DNA of 33,168 nt from Chthoniobacteraceae bacterium (lineage in GTDB: Bacteria; Verrucomicrobiota; Verrucomicrobiia; Chthoniobacterales; Chthoniobacteraceae), in contig JBEBGD010000061.1 in assembly GCA_040081625.1 (NCBI GenBank), positions 1 to 33,168 on the forward strand. The letters run 5' to 3'. Shown piece after piece: positions 23,499 to 32,059 of the stretch. The stretch's first letter is position 1. Every line of letters starts with the position of its first letter. The notes under the pieces are model-generated. The model had not been told where the DNA came from. It saw only the letters and a program-made list of their open reading frames with translations, and ran no database searches. The translations under genes were made by a program, and so were the position numbers.

Positions 23499-24829
23499 TG
23501 ACTTCGCTCCCCGCCATCATTCTCGGCGCCGGACTCACCGGACTCTCGTGCGCGCTCCACCTCGGGCGCGACTATCTGCTCGTGGAAAAAGAGAGCGAGC
23601 CCGGCGGCATCGTCCGCACCCGCGTGCGCGAGACTCCGGCGGGCGACTTCCACTGCGACGGCACCGGCCACTGGCTGCACTTCCGGAACGCGGAGATTCG
23701 CACGCTCGTCGAGCGACTGCTCCCCGGCGGGCTCGTCGAATACGAACGCCGCGCCGTCATCCACATGTGCGGCGCCTTCACGCTGTATCCCTTCCAGGCA
23801 AACACCTACGGCCTTCCGCGCGAAGTCGTGCTCGACTGCCTGCTCGGCCTGCTCCGCGCGCGGCATCCCGAGGACTTCAATCTCCCGCCGATCGAGGGAA
23901 CGCCGCGCAACTTCCGCGAATCGCTCGAGCGCCTTTTCGGCGACGGCATCTGCCGGCACTTCATGGTGCCCTACAATGAAAAGCTGCTCGGCGTGAGCCT
24001 CGACGAAATCTCGCCCGAATACGCGGGCCGCTTCATCCCGAAGCCCTCGCTCGAAGCCGTCGTCCGCGGCGCGCTCGGCCTTTCGCCCGAGGCGCTCGGC
24101 TACAACGCAAAGTTCTCCTACCCGCGCACCGGCGGCATCGGCGCTCTGTCGAAAGCCTTCGCTGCAGCATTGCCGACCGCCCCGCGCCTCGGCGTGAGCG
24201 CCACCGCCATCGACCTGCGCGCGAAGACCGTCACCTTTTCCGACGGCACGCAGTCGCACTACGAGCGGCTGCTGAACACGATGCCGCTAGTCGAGTTCCT
24301 GCGCCTCGCAGATGCACCGGATGAAGTGCGCGCCGCCGCCGCCCGTCTGCGCGCGGCGACCGTCCACTACTTCGACATCGGCGTGCGCGGCCCCGGCGCC
24401 GAGGCGAGCCAGCACCACTGGATTTATTTTCCCGAGCCCGACTTCATCTTCTACCGCGTCGGCTCCTACTCCGCCGTCCACGCCGAAGCCGCGCCTGCGG
24501 GTTGCCGCAGTTATTACGTCGAGATGTCCGGCGGCATCGCCGACCTGCTCACGCGCCCCGACGAACTGCGCGCGCGGGTCCTCGCCGACCTGCGAAAGGC
24601 GCGCGTGCTCTCCGCCGAAGACGAAATCCTTTTCATGGATCTGCGCCGGATCCCGCACGCCTACGTCATTTTCGACGCGCACTACGAAGCCTCGCGTCAG
24701 GCCGTCATCGACTTCCTCGCCGCGCACGGCGTGCTCACTCACGGTCGATGGGGCGGCTGGAACTACGGCGGCATGGAAGACGCCATGATCGAAGGCCGCG
24801 CCGCAGCCGCTCAACTCGCCGCGCCATGA
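23498..24829 (+). CDS. FAD-dependent oxidoreductase, protoporphyrinogen-oxidase/UDP-galactopyranose-mutase-like
   Basis: Dinucleotide-binding 'ILGAGLTGL…LVEKESEPGG', plus 'DGTGHWLH', 'YPFQAN', 'FMVPYNEK', 'FSYPRTGGIG', 'FYRV', 'HAYV' and 'GRWGGWNY'. TGATG overlap with the upstream gene. Confidence 0.85.
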   Translation: MTSLPAIILGAGLTGLSCALHLGRDYLLVEKESEPGGIVRTRVRETPAGDFHCDGTGHWLHFRNAEIRTLVERLLPGGLVEYERRAVIHMCGAFTLYPFQANTYGLPREVVLDCLLGLLRARHPEDFNLPPIEGTPRNFRESLERLFGDGICRHFMVPYNEKLLGVSLDEISPEYAGRFIPKPSLEAVVRGALGLSPEALGYNAKFSYPRTGGIGALSKAFAAALPTAPRLGVSATAIDLRAKTVTFSDGTQSHYERLLNTMPLVEFLRLADAPDEVRAAAARLRAATVHYFDIGVRGPGAEASQHHWIYFPEPDFIFYRVGSYSAVHAEAAPAGCRSYYVEMSGGIADLLTRPDELRARVLADLRKARVLSAEDEILFMDLRRIPHAYVIFDAHYEASRQAVIDFLAAHGVLTHGRWGGWNYGGMEDAMIEGRAAAAQLAAP

Positions 24830-25644
24830 GCCAGCCGATCACCGAGCGCGCGGATTGGCTCGACGCCGCGAATGCCGCCACACGCTTCTTCTCCAACCGC
24901 GACTACAACGGCGAGCGTCTCGAGGATCGCGTCGTCTTCTATCTCCAGCTTGCCGCCGATTGCGGCCTGCTCGCGCCCGGCAAACGCCTGCTCGATCTCG
25001 GCGCCGGTATCTGCTGGTTCGATCCACTCGCGGCAAAACTCGGCGCCGACGTGATCCTCGCGGACGACTTCGGCGGCGGCGGCGGCGTCACGCAGGCCGA
25101 TCGCAGCGATGCGCTCGAAATGCTCGACCGCTACCGGCGCGAGTTCGGCATCGAGATCGTCGAACAGGACATCCTCCGCGATCCGCTGCCGCTGCCCGAT
25201 TCGAGCATCGACGGCGTCACCTGCTTCCACAGCCTCGAGCACTGGCACCACTCGCCCAAGGCGCTCTTCGCCGAAATCCGTCGCGTGCTTCGTCCCGGCG
25301 GCTGGCTCATCCTCGCCACGCCAAACGCGGCAAACCTCCGCAAACGCCTGCACGTCATCCTCGGCGCGAACATCTGGTCGGGGCTCGAGGAATGGTATCA
25401 CGACGCGCCGGTCTTTCGTGGCCACGTGCGCGAGCCGATCGTGCGCGACCTGCGGCAGCTCTGCGAGTGGAACGGCTTCCGCGTCACCACCACGCTCGGC
25501 CGCAACTTCATCGGACGCGACAGCCACGCGCTCGCGTGGATTCCGCAGCGGCTCCGCCACGGACTCGTCGTCGCTACGCAGAGCGTCCTCCGCTTCTTCC
25601 CAACCCTCTGCTCGGACATCCACGTCGTCGCGCAGAAGCAATGA
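24826..25644 (+). CDS. Class I SAM-dependent methyltransferase (type 11-like)
   Basis: Motifs 'LLDLGAG', 'LPLPDSSIDGVTCFHSLEH' and 'RVLRPGGWLILATPN'. The start is set by the ATGA overlap at 24826. Confidence 0.9.
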   Translation: MSQPITERADWLDAANAATRFFSNRDYNGERLEDRVVFYLQLAADCGLLAPGKRLLDLGAGICWFDPLAAKLGADVILADDFGGGGGVTQADRSDALEMLDRYRREFGIEIVEQDILRDPLPLPDSSIDGVTCFHSLEHWHHSPKALFAEIRRVLRPGGWLILATPNAANLRKRLHVILGANIWSGLEEWYHDAPVFRGHVREPIVRDLRQLCEWNGFRVTTTLGRNFIGRDSHALAWIPQRLRHGLVVATQSVLRFFPTLCSDIHVVAQKQ

Positions 25645-26813
25645 AGCCGCGCGTCGCCATGCTCGCCTACGCCTGCGACCCGGAAGGCTCGGGCGAACAC
25701 TGGCTCGGCTGGGGCTGGGCCGCGGAAGCTGCGCGCCGCTTCGACGTGCAGCTCATCACCACTCCGAAAAGTCGCGGTGCGATCGAGCGTCATGCCGCGC
25801 CCGCCGGCATCACGCCGCACTTCGTCGAACCTCCCGCCACCCGTGCGTTCGGCGCGTGGTGGAGAAAATACGCGTGGCAGAAAATCGCGGCACGGCGCGT
25901 GGTTGAGCTGCACGCGATGGAGAAGATCGCGGTCGTCCACCAGACGACATTTCACACGTTCCGCGTTCCCTTCTCCGCTGCGTCGCTAGGCATTCCATCC
26001 GTGTGGGGTCCGATCGCCGGCGGCGAACGCGTGCCACCGGGCTTCGATCGCTGGCTCGGCGCCGCGCGATCCTCCGAACGCCGGCGCGCGCTGCTGAATC
26101 GCGCGTGCCTCGCGCTCCCCGCCGTCCGCCGCTCGCTGCGCGATGCATCCGCGATCTTCGTCTCGAATCGCACCACGCTCGATTTTCTCCCCGCGTCCTG
26201 CCACGCGCGCTGCGAGATCGTGGCCCCGAACGCCCTGCGCGACGAACCCGCGCCGCGCCCGCCCGCACAGGATCGCGGCGGACTCGCGCTGCTCTACGCC
26301 GGCAACTGCGTCGGCACCCGCTCGATTCCGCTCGTGCTCGCCGCGCTCAAGCGCCTGGCCGATCCGAGCTGCATGCTCACCGTCGTCGGCGACGGCCCCG
26401 CGCTCGCCGAATGGCGCGCGGATGCAGCCGGCGCGAACGTGCGATTCGCCGGTCGCGTCGCGCGCGAGGATCTGCCGCGCTACTACGCCGAGGCCGACGC
26501 GCTCGTCTTCCCCGCGCTGCGCGACTCTGGCGGCTCCGCATTGCTGGAGGCGATGACGCTCGGTCTGCCGGTCGTGTGTCTCGACTGGGCCGGCCCCGCG
26601 GAGATGGTGGACGTCGATTCCGGGGTGAAGATTTCCGTCGCCGATCCCGAGCGATCGATCGCGGACATGGCCACCGCTTTCGCGCGCCTGCGCGACGAAC
26701 CCGCGTGGCGCCGCTCGCTCGCATCCGCCGCCATCGAGCGCGCACGCACCCTCTTCACGTGGGAAGCCAAGCGCCGCGTGCTGGAAGCGACTTACCGACG
26801 ACTGATCCGATGA
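25641..26813 (+). CDS. Glycosyltransferase family 4 (GT-B)
   Basis: 'MLAYACDPEGSGEHWLGW', 'VWGPIAGGE', 'VVGDGP' and 'FPALRDSGGSALLEAMTLGLPVV'. The start is set by the ATGA overlap at 25641. Confidence 0.92.
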   Translation: MKPRVAMLAYACDPEGSGEHWLGWGWAAEAARRFDVQLITTPKSRGAIERHAAPAGITPHFVEPPATRAFGAWWRKYAWQKIAARRVVELHAMEKIAVVHQTTFHTFRVPFSAASLGIPSVWGPIAGGERVPPGFDRWLGAARSSERRRALLNRACLALPAVRRSLRDASAIFVSNRTTLDFLPASCHARCEIVAPNALRDEPAPRPPAQDRGGLALLYAGNCVGTRSIPLVLAALKRLADPSCMLTVVGDGPALAEWRADAAGANVRFAGRVAREDLPRYYAEADALVFPALRDSGGSALLEAMTLGLPVVCLDWAGPAEMVDVDSGVKISVADPERSIADMATAFARLRDEPAWRRSLASAAIERARTLFTWEAKRRVLEATYRRLIR

Positions 26814-28021
26814 CTCCCCGCGAGGACTTCATGGTCCGCGTCTTCCAGCATCTCGCGCAACGTGGCATCGAGTATTGCGTCGCACGCAACTTCGAGAGCG
26901 TGTTCATCGACGGACCCTCCGACGTCGATCTGCTCGCTCGCGCCAGCAGTGTCAGTGCGGTGCGCGAGGTTTGCGAGCTGGCCGCTGGAGAAAGCGGGTT
27001 CACTCCCGTGCAGGCCGCGCGCTTCGCGAATCACTCCTGGGTCTTCGCGCACACGACCGGCGTTCTCGTTCGCATCGACGTGGATACCGAGGTGCGCTGG
27101 CGCTGGTGCCACGTCCTCAGTGCCGCCGAAGTGCTGAGCGCGCGCACGCGCGAGGATCGCTTCTTCATCTGCTCGCCGGCGCACGAGGCGGACATCCTCG
27201 CCACGCAGATCGCATGGCGAAATGAGGTGCCGGAGCGCTACGCCAAAATCCTCGCGCAGGTCGGCGCGCCGCCGCCCGTCCCCAGCCGCATCCGGTGGAA
27301 ACTCGTGTGTCGCACGGCGCTTCGTCCCGGCAACTGGCTCGCGTCCGTCCGTTACGCATCTTCCGACATCGCGCGGTTGTTGCAGCGTTGCTTCGGTTCG
27401 TTTCGCGCAGCTCGCGGCCCTGAACATGGCGCAAGCGTCGTGCTCGCCGGGCTCGACGGCGCGGGCAAATCGACACTCGCACGCCGCCTTATCGCTGATG
27501 CCACGCGTTCCCGCCATTTCGCCGGCGTGCGCTATTTCCATTGGATTCCGAGCCCGTTTCGAGCCGCGGAGTTTCCGTGGCCGGCAGCGGGCGACATCCC
27601 GCGCCGCGCACCCGGCAAGCACGGCGTAGCGCTTTCCGCATTCCGGCTCGTGCGGAATATCGTGCTCGCGTGGCTCGGCTTTGCGCTTGTCGTTCGGCCA
27701 CTCGTGCGGCGCGGCTGGCTTGTGATTATCGATCGCTACGCGACAAACTACTGGCTCGATCCGGACTCAGTGCGCTACGGCGGCCCGGCGCGATGGCTCG
27801 CCTGGGCGCGGCGGCTTTTTCCAAAGGCAGACGTGCTGATCGCGCTCGGCGCCGACGCGGAGACACTCCGCTCGCGCAAGCGAGAGCTCTCGGTGGAGGC
27901 GATTGCCATCCAGAGCGAACGGCTGCGCGACTTGCCCGCGCTGGCCCTCAGGCGGGTGGACCTCGACGCAGCGCAGCCCATCGACACAGTCGTCCAGCAG
28001 GCACTTGCGCAGCTCCCATGA
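26810..28021 (+). CDS. Fusion protein: N-terminal nucleotidyltransferase-fold domain plus C-terminal thymidylate-kinase-like P-loop domain
   Basis: N-terminal 'YCVARNF…GPSDVDLL' (DxD) and 'RIDVD'. C-terminal Walker A 'GLDGAGKST', TMK-like 'IIDRY' and lid-like 'LRSRKRELS'. The start is set by the ATGA overlap at 26810. Confidence 0.8.
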   Translation: MTPREDFMVRVFQHLAQRGIEYCVARNFESVFIDGPSDVDLLARASSVSAVREVCELAAGESGFTPVQAARFANHSWVFAHTTGVLVRIDVDTEVRWRWCHVLSAAEVLSARTREDRFFICSPAHEADILATQIAWRNEVPERYAKILAQVGAPPPVPSRIRWKLVCRTALRPGNWLASVRYASSDIARLLQRCFGSFRAARGPEHGASVVLAGLDGAGKSTLARRLIADATRSRHFAGVRYFHWIPSPFRAAEFPWPAAGDIPRRAPGKHGVALSAFRLVRNIVLAWLGFALVVRPLVRRGWLVIIDRYATNYWLDPDSVRYGGPARWLAWARRLFPKADVLIALGADAETLRSRKRELSVEAIAIQSERLRDLPALALRRVDLDAAQPIDTVVQQALAQLP

Positions 28022-29043
28022 ACGAGCTGCGCCGACTCCTCGCTTCCGCCGACACCGGCGACACGATCGACTTCCACCTCGTGCGCAAACGCGGTGAACC
28101 AATGCTATTGCTGCCGCTCGATGGCGCACGTTCAGCGAGAGCGCTCGAGCTTTATCCGGCGCAAACATTCCGCGCCCGCGCATGGAAGCGACTGCTCGCA
28201 CTGGCCCTGCGGGTCCGCTGGCCGCTGACGACAGTTTCTCTCGCCCTTTCGGAGTCCACGCCGTTCGGACGTTTTCTCGCGCAGATCGAAGGTGCCGACT
28301 TGCGAGCGTTCGCGGTGTTGTTTGGAAATCCGCGCGCCGCAGGCCGGCGATTTGTGTTTCTGCTTTTCGGAAATGACGACCAACCGTGCGCCGTTGTGAA
28401 AGCCGGGGCGACGGAGCAGGCGAGCGCGCTCGTGCTCGCGGAGGCGGACCTGCTCGCGTCGTTGCCGACCGGAACGCCCGGCGCGCCGGGGTTGCGAGCG
28501 CGATTCGCCGACTCGACCCAAGCGGCGCTCGCGCTGGATTTCGTCCCCGGCTCGACGCCGAGCGTGGACGATCCGGCGATCGAGCCGCTCCTCACCGCGT
28601 GGGTGGACCGTTCGCGCCGCACGGCACTGGCCGAAATCCCTGCCTTCGGTCGCATCACACGCGGAGCATCGGGACTCGTCATTCATCCCGCGCTCATGCA
28701 CGGCGATTTCGCGCCGTGGAATGTGCGCGTCCACGACGGCCGCTGGACTGCCCTCGATTGGGAGCGCGGCGAACTCACCGGCGTTCCCGGCTGGGACTGG
28801 CTGCACTTCGTCGTGCAGCACGCGGTGCTCGTCGAGCACCTCGACGCAGCGCAAGTGCAGCGACGCATCGCGGATCTCATCCGCTCGGCGCCGTTTTCGC
28901 GTTACGCGCAAGGGGCTGGATTTGCGGGAAGCGAGGAGACTATCGCTGCCGGATACGTCCACTACTGCGCGGAGGTGCTGCGCCCGACGGAGCGCGCGAG
29001 CGTCTTTGCGGAGCTTGCCGCGCTTATGCCGCCGCCGGCATGA
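28018..29043 (+). CDS. Aminoglycoside-phosphotransferase/choline-kinase-like phosphotransferase
   Basis: 'AVVKAG' (Lys), 'AEADLL' (Glu), Brenner motif 'HGDFAPWN' and 'LDWE'. The start is set by the ATGA overlap at 28018. Confidence 0.85.
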   Translation: MNELRRLLASADTGDTIDFHLVRKRGEPMLLLPLDGARSARALELYPAQTFRARAWKRLLALALRVRWPLTTVSLALSESTPFGRFLAQIEGADLRAFAVLFGNPRAAGRRFVFLLFGNDDQPCAVVKAGATEQASALVLAEADLLASLPTGTPGAPGLRARFADSTQAALALDFVPGSTPSVDDPAIEPLLTAWVDRSRRTALAEIPAFGRITRGASGLVIHPALMHGDFAPWNVRVHDGRWTALDWERGELTGVPGWDWLHFVVQHAVLVEHLDAAQVQRRIADLIRSAPFSRYAQGAGFAGSEETIAAGYVHYCAEVLRPTERASVFAELAALMPPPA

Positions 29044-30196
29044 GCGCTGCACGCAGGCACTCGACGTGCCGCGCCTCGGTGTAGCTGGCGAGGAAGTGCG
29101 CGCGCAGCATCGCAGCGTCGTCCAGCATGCAGACGCGCAACAGCGCGGCAGCGGCCTCGCCCGGCGCGCGCGCGGCGACGAAGCCCTGATGCTCCGGCGG
29201 CAGCAGCTCGGGGATTCCGCGCCACCGCGTCGTGACGATGGAAAGGCCGCACGCCATCGCTTCGATCAACGAGACCGGCTGGCCTTCCGCGAGGTAGTAG
29301 GTCGGAAAGCAGAACGCGTCGGACTCGCGGAGCAGCCGCGACTTCTCGTCGCCCGATACGAAGCCCGCGTAGTGGACGCTCGCACCCGCACCCGCGATTC
29401 GCTCGCGGAACTCGCGCTCCTCGTCGTCGGTGAAAAATGCGCCGGCGACCGTGAGGTGCATCCGAAGCTGCGAACCGCTCGCGCTGAGTTGCTCGTTGGC
29501 CAGCAGGACTCCGTCGAGCGCGTCGAAGACTCCCTTTTCCCGCGTGCAATGCGCGAGAAATAGGACGCGGATCGTGCGCGAATCGGGATCGGCGTCCGTG
29601 CGTCCATCAAGCCACGCCCGCCGCGCCGCGAGCCGTGCGCGGCGGCGCGGCAGCACGACTGCATCGAAGTCCGGGCACGGATCGGGGATGCCGTTGGCGA
29701 CGACTTCGACGCGCTCGGTGCGAAACCACAGCGCGTCGCGCATGCTCGGGACGGCGAGAGCGATGCCGACCGCGGGGCGCTCCAGAAGCCGGTGCGTAAC
29801 CCACCGTTCGAACCATGTCCCCTCCCGCCGCAGCCAGTCGCCGAGCCCCACAGCGTGCCAGTGGTGGATGAATCGCGGAAAGAACGGCCGGCACAGCAGC
29901 ATTACGATCCAGTCGCGATAAAGCGCCGCGCGCTTGCCCGGAGCGGGCACGTAGTAAAAGGCGCGCACGCCGTGGCGGAACCGGCACCAGATCGCCTCGA
30001 TACAATAGCGCAGGACGAGCCACGCCTTGCCGAGCCGGAAGCTGCCGATGTCCTCGAGATCCTCGGAGTAGCGCGAGTTCACGTGGTAGCACTGAATCTC
30101 CGAGCCCTCCGCGCTGAAGTGATCGAGCATGAGCTTCACCATGTAGCTCTGGCCGTGGTGGGGCGGAGGGATGTGGGCGAAGACGAGGAGCTTCAT
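29024..30196 (-). CDS. Glycosyltransferase family 4 (GT-B)
   Basis: 'MKLLVFAHIPPPHHGQS', 'VVANGI', 'LFLAHCTREKG' and 'FPTYYLAEGQPVSLIEAMACG'. The ATG at 30196 avoids overlap with the divergent GT2 gene. Confidence 0.92.
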   Translation of the reverse strand: MKLLVFAHIPPPHHGQSYMVKLMLDHFSAEGSEIQCYHVNSRYSEDLEDIGSFRLGKAWLVLRYCIEAIWCRFRHGVRAFYYVPAPGKRAALYRDWIVMLLCRPFFPRFIHHWHAVGLGDWLRREGTWFERWVTHRLLERPAVGIALAVPSMRDALWFRTERVEVVANGIPDPCPDFDAVVLPRRRARLAARRAWLDGRTDADPDSRTIRVLFLAHCTREKGVFDALDGVLLANEQLSASGSQLRMHLTVAGAFFTDDEEREFRERIAGAGASVHYAGFVSGDEKSRLLRESDAFCFPTYYLAEGQPVSLIEAMACGLSIVTTRWRGIPELLPPEHQGFVAARAPGEAAAALLRVCMLDDAAMLRAHFLASYTEARHVECLRAALMPAAA

Positions 30197-30239
30197 TGCG
30201 CGCTTCGTGCGTAACATCCAACCTCCGCGCGCAGCGACA

Positions 30240-31073
30240 ATGAAGTTCACAATCATCACTCCCAGCCTCCGCCAGCTTCCGTGGCTGAAACGCTGCGTGC
30301 GATCGGTCGCGGATCAGGCGGGCGTCGAGGTCGAGCATCTCGTGCAGGACGGCGGCAGCGGGCCGGAGCTGGAGGCGTGGGCGCGGACACAGCCTTCGGT
30401 GGATCTCGCAGTCGAGCCGGATCGCGGGATGTATGACGCCATCAACACGGCGTTGAGCCGCGCGAGCGGCGACGTGTGCGGCATCCTCAACTGCGACGAG
30501 CAGTATCTGCCCGGCACGCTCGCGCGTGTCGCGGCGGTCTTCGCGCGGGAGCCGTCGGTCGATTTCGTGGCCGGCGATTATCTCGTCGTCGATCCGCAGC
30601 AGCAGTTGCTCGCCTTCCGAAAAGTCACGCCGCTTCGTCCGTCGATGATCCTTACCGATCACCTCTACGCGTTCACCTGCGCGCTCTTCTTCCGCCGCAG
30701 CGTTTTCGAGAGCGCCGGGGCGTTCGATGCTTCGCTGAAGTCGGTCGCCGATGGCGAATGGGTCGCGCGCGCGCTTGGCAAGGGACACCGCGCCGCGCTG
30801 CTGCACGAGTGGCTCGCGACGTTCACGTGGACTGGCGGAAACCTCAGCGCGCACCCGGTATCTCGAGCGGAGGAAGAGCAGTTGCGCGCGCGGTTGCCGA
30901 TCGCACGGCGACTCGCCGCCCCACTGCTGCGCGCGTGGCGGCGCGTCGAGAGATGGCTGGCGGACGGCTATCGCTCCGGGCCGATCAGCTACGAGGTCTT
31001 CGTGGGCGATGGCGACGCGCGCCGCACGCGACTGGAGTGCGAGCGACCAAGCTTCCGCTATCCCGGCGTCTAG
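30240..31073 (+). CDS. Glycosyltransferase family 2 (WcaE/WfgS-like GT-A)
   Basis: 'FTIITPS', 'VQDGGS', 'EPDRGMYDAIN', 'LNCDE' and 'FDASLKSVADGEW'. Confidence 0.92.
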   Translation: MKFTIITPSLRQLPWLKRCVRSVADQAGVEVEHLVQDGGSGPELEAWARTQPSVDLAVEPDRGMYDAINTALSRASGDVCGILNCDEQYLPGTLARVAAVFAREPSVDFVAGDYLVVDPQQQLLAFRKVTPLRPSMILTDHLYAFTCALFFRRSVFESAGAFDASLKSVADGEWVARALGKGHRAALLHEWLATFTWTGGNLSAHPVSRAEEEQLRARLPIARRLAAPLLRAWRRVERWLADGYRSGPISYEVFVGDGDARRTRLECERPSFRYPGV

Positions 31074-32059
31074 GCCCGATTCACCACGCTCGCGCGACCG
31101 CTCGTCATCTCGTCGTGGATCCAGCGGTAGGTCAGTTCCAGCCCGTCGCGGAGCCGCGTCGAAGGCTCCCAACCGAACTCTTCCTTGATGAGCGCATTGT
31201 CCGAGTTGCGTCCGTTCACGCCCTTCGGCGCGCCGAGGTTGTAGCTGCGCTTGAGCTTCACCCCGGCGATTTCCTCGACCAGATCGACGAGTTGATTGAT
31301 CGAGACGAGTTCGTTGCTGCCGATGTTGATCGGCTCGATGAAGTCGCTGTTCGTCAGCATCTGCGTGCCGTGGAGACAGTCGTCGATGAACATGAAGCTG
31401 CGCGTCTGGTGGCCGTCGCCCCAGATTTCGATCTCGTGCTTTCCGCTGAGTTTCGCGGCGATGACTTTCCGGCAGATCGCCGCGGGCGCCTTCTCACGAC
31501 CGCCGTCGTAGGTGCCGTGCGGGCCATAGACGTTGTGGTAGCGCGCGACACGCGTCTGGACGCCGAAGTCTTCGCGGAAATGCCGGCACATCCGCTCGCT
31601 GAAAAGCTTCTCCCATCCGTAGCCGTCTTCGGGCATCGCGGGATACGCGTCGGCTTCCGTGAGCGCGGTCACGTTCGGGTCGCGCTGCTTGTCGGCGTTA
31701 TAGACGCACGCGCTCGACGAGAAGAAGAAGCGCTGCACGCCGGCTTTGCGCGCGGCCATGAGCAGGTGCGTGTTGATGAGCACGCTGAGCATGCACAGCG
31801 CCTTGTTCAGCTCGATGAAGCCCATGCCGCCCATGTCGGCGGCGAGGTTATAGACCACGTCGCAGCCCTCCGCCGCGCGCTCGCACGCATCGAGGCGCGA
31901 GAGATCGAGTTGAATGTTCTCCACGTCGTCGAAGCGCTGATACCAATCGCTGAACGGCTTCTGATCCACAGCGCGAAGGCCGGTGAATCCCTGGCGCCGA
32001 AGGTCCGCGATGAGATGCCCGCCGATGAATCCGCCGGCGCCGCAAACGACGACGCGCAT
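31070..32059 (-). CDS. NAD-dependent epimerase, GDP-mannose 3,5-epimerase (GME)-like
   Basis: 'GAGGFIG', 'NLAADMGGMGFI', 'SSACVY', 'YGWEK' (YxxxK), 'GGREKAPAAICRK' and 'GVNGRNSDN'. The ATG at 32059 overlaps the upstream stop (TAATG). Confidence 0.92.
   Translation of the reverse strand: MRVVVCGAGGFIGGHLIADLRRQGFTGLRAVDQKPFSDWYQRFDDVENIQLDLSRLDACERAAEGCDVVYNLAADMGGMGFIELNKALCMLSVLINTHLLMAARKAGVQRFFFSSSACVYNADKQRDPNVTALTEADAYPAMPEDGYGWEKLFSERMCRHFREDFGVQTRVARYHNVYGPHGTYDGGREKAPAAICRKVIAAKLSGKHEIEIWGDGHQTRSFMFIDDCLHGTQMLTNSDFIEPINIGSNELVSINQLVDLVEEIAGVKLKRSYNLGAPKGVNGRNSDNALIKEEFGWEPSTRLRDGLELTYRWIHDEMTSGRASVVNRA

Noticed and set aside
23498..24829. hemY/hemG protoporphyrinogen oxidase
   Set aside because: No heme genes are nearby, and the motifs and context fit the glycan-locus flavoprotein group better, so no symbol was assigned.
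24502..28017. Long N-terminal extensions in the ORF track (starts at 24502, 24855, 26003, 27541)
   Set aside because: They overlap real upstream genes in other frames. ATGA overlaps give coherent starts at 24826, 25641, 26810 and 28018.
28018..29043. Aminoglycoside resistance gene
   Set aside because: Only the generic APH/choline-kinase motifs are present. Its coupling inside a glycan operon points to a biosynthetic role.
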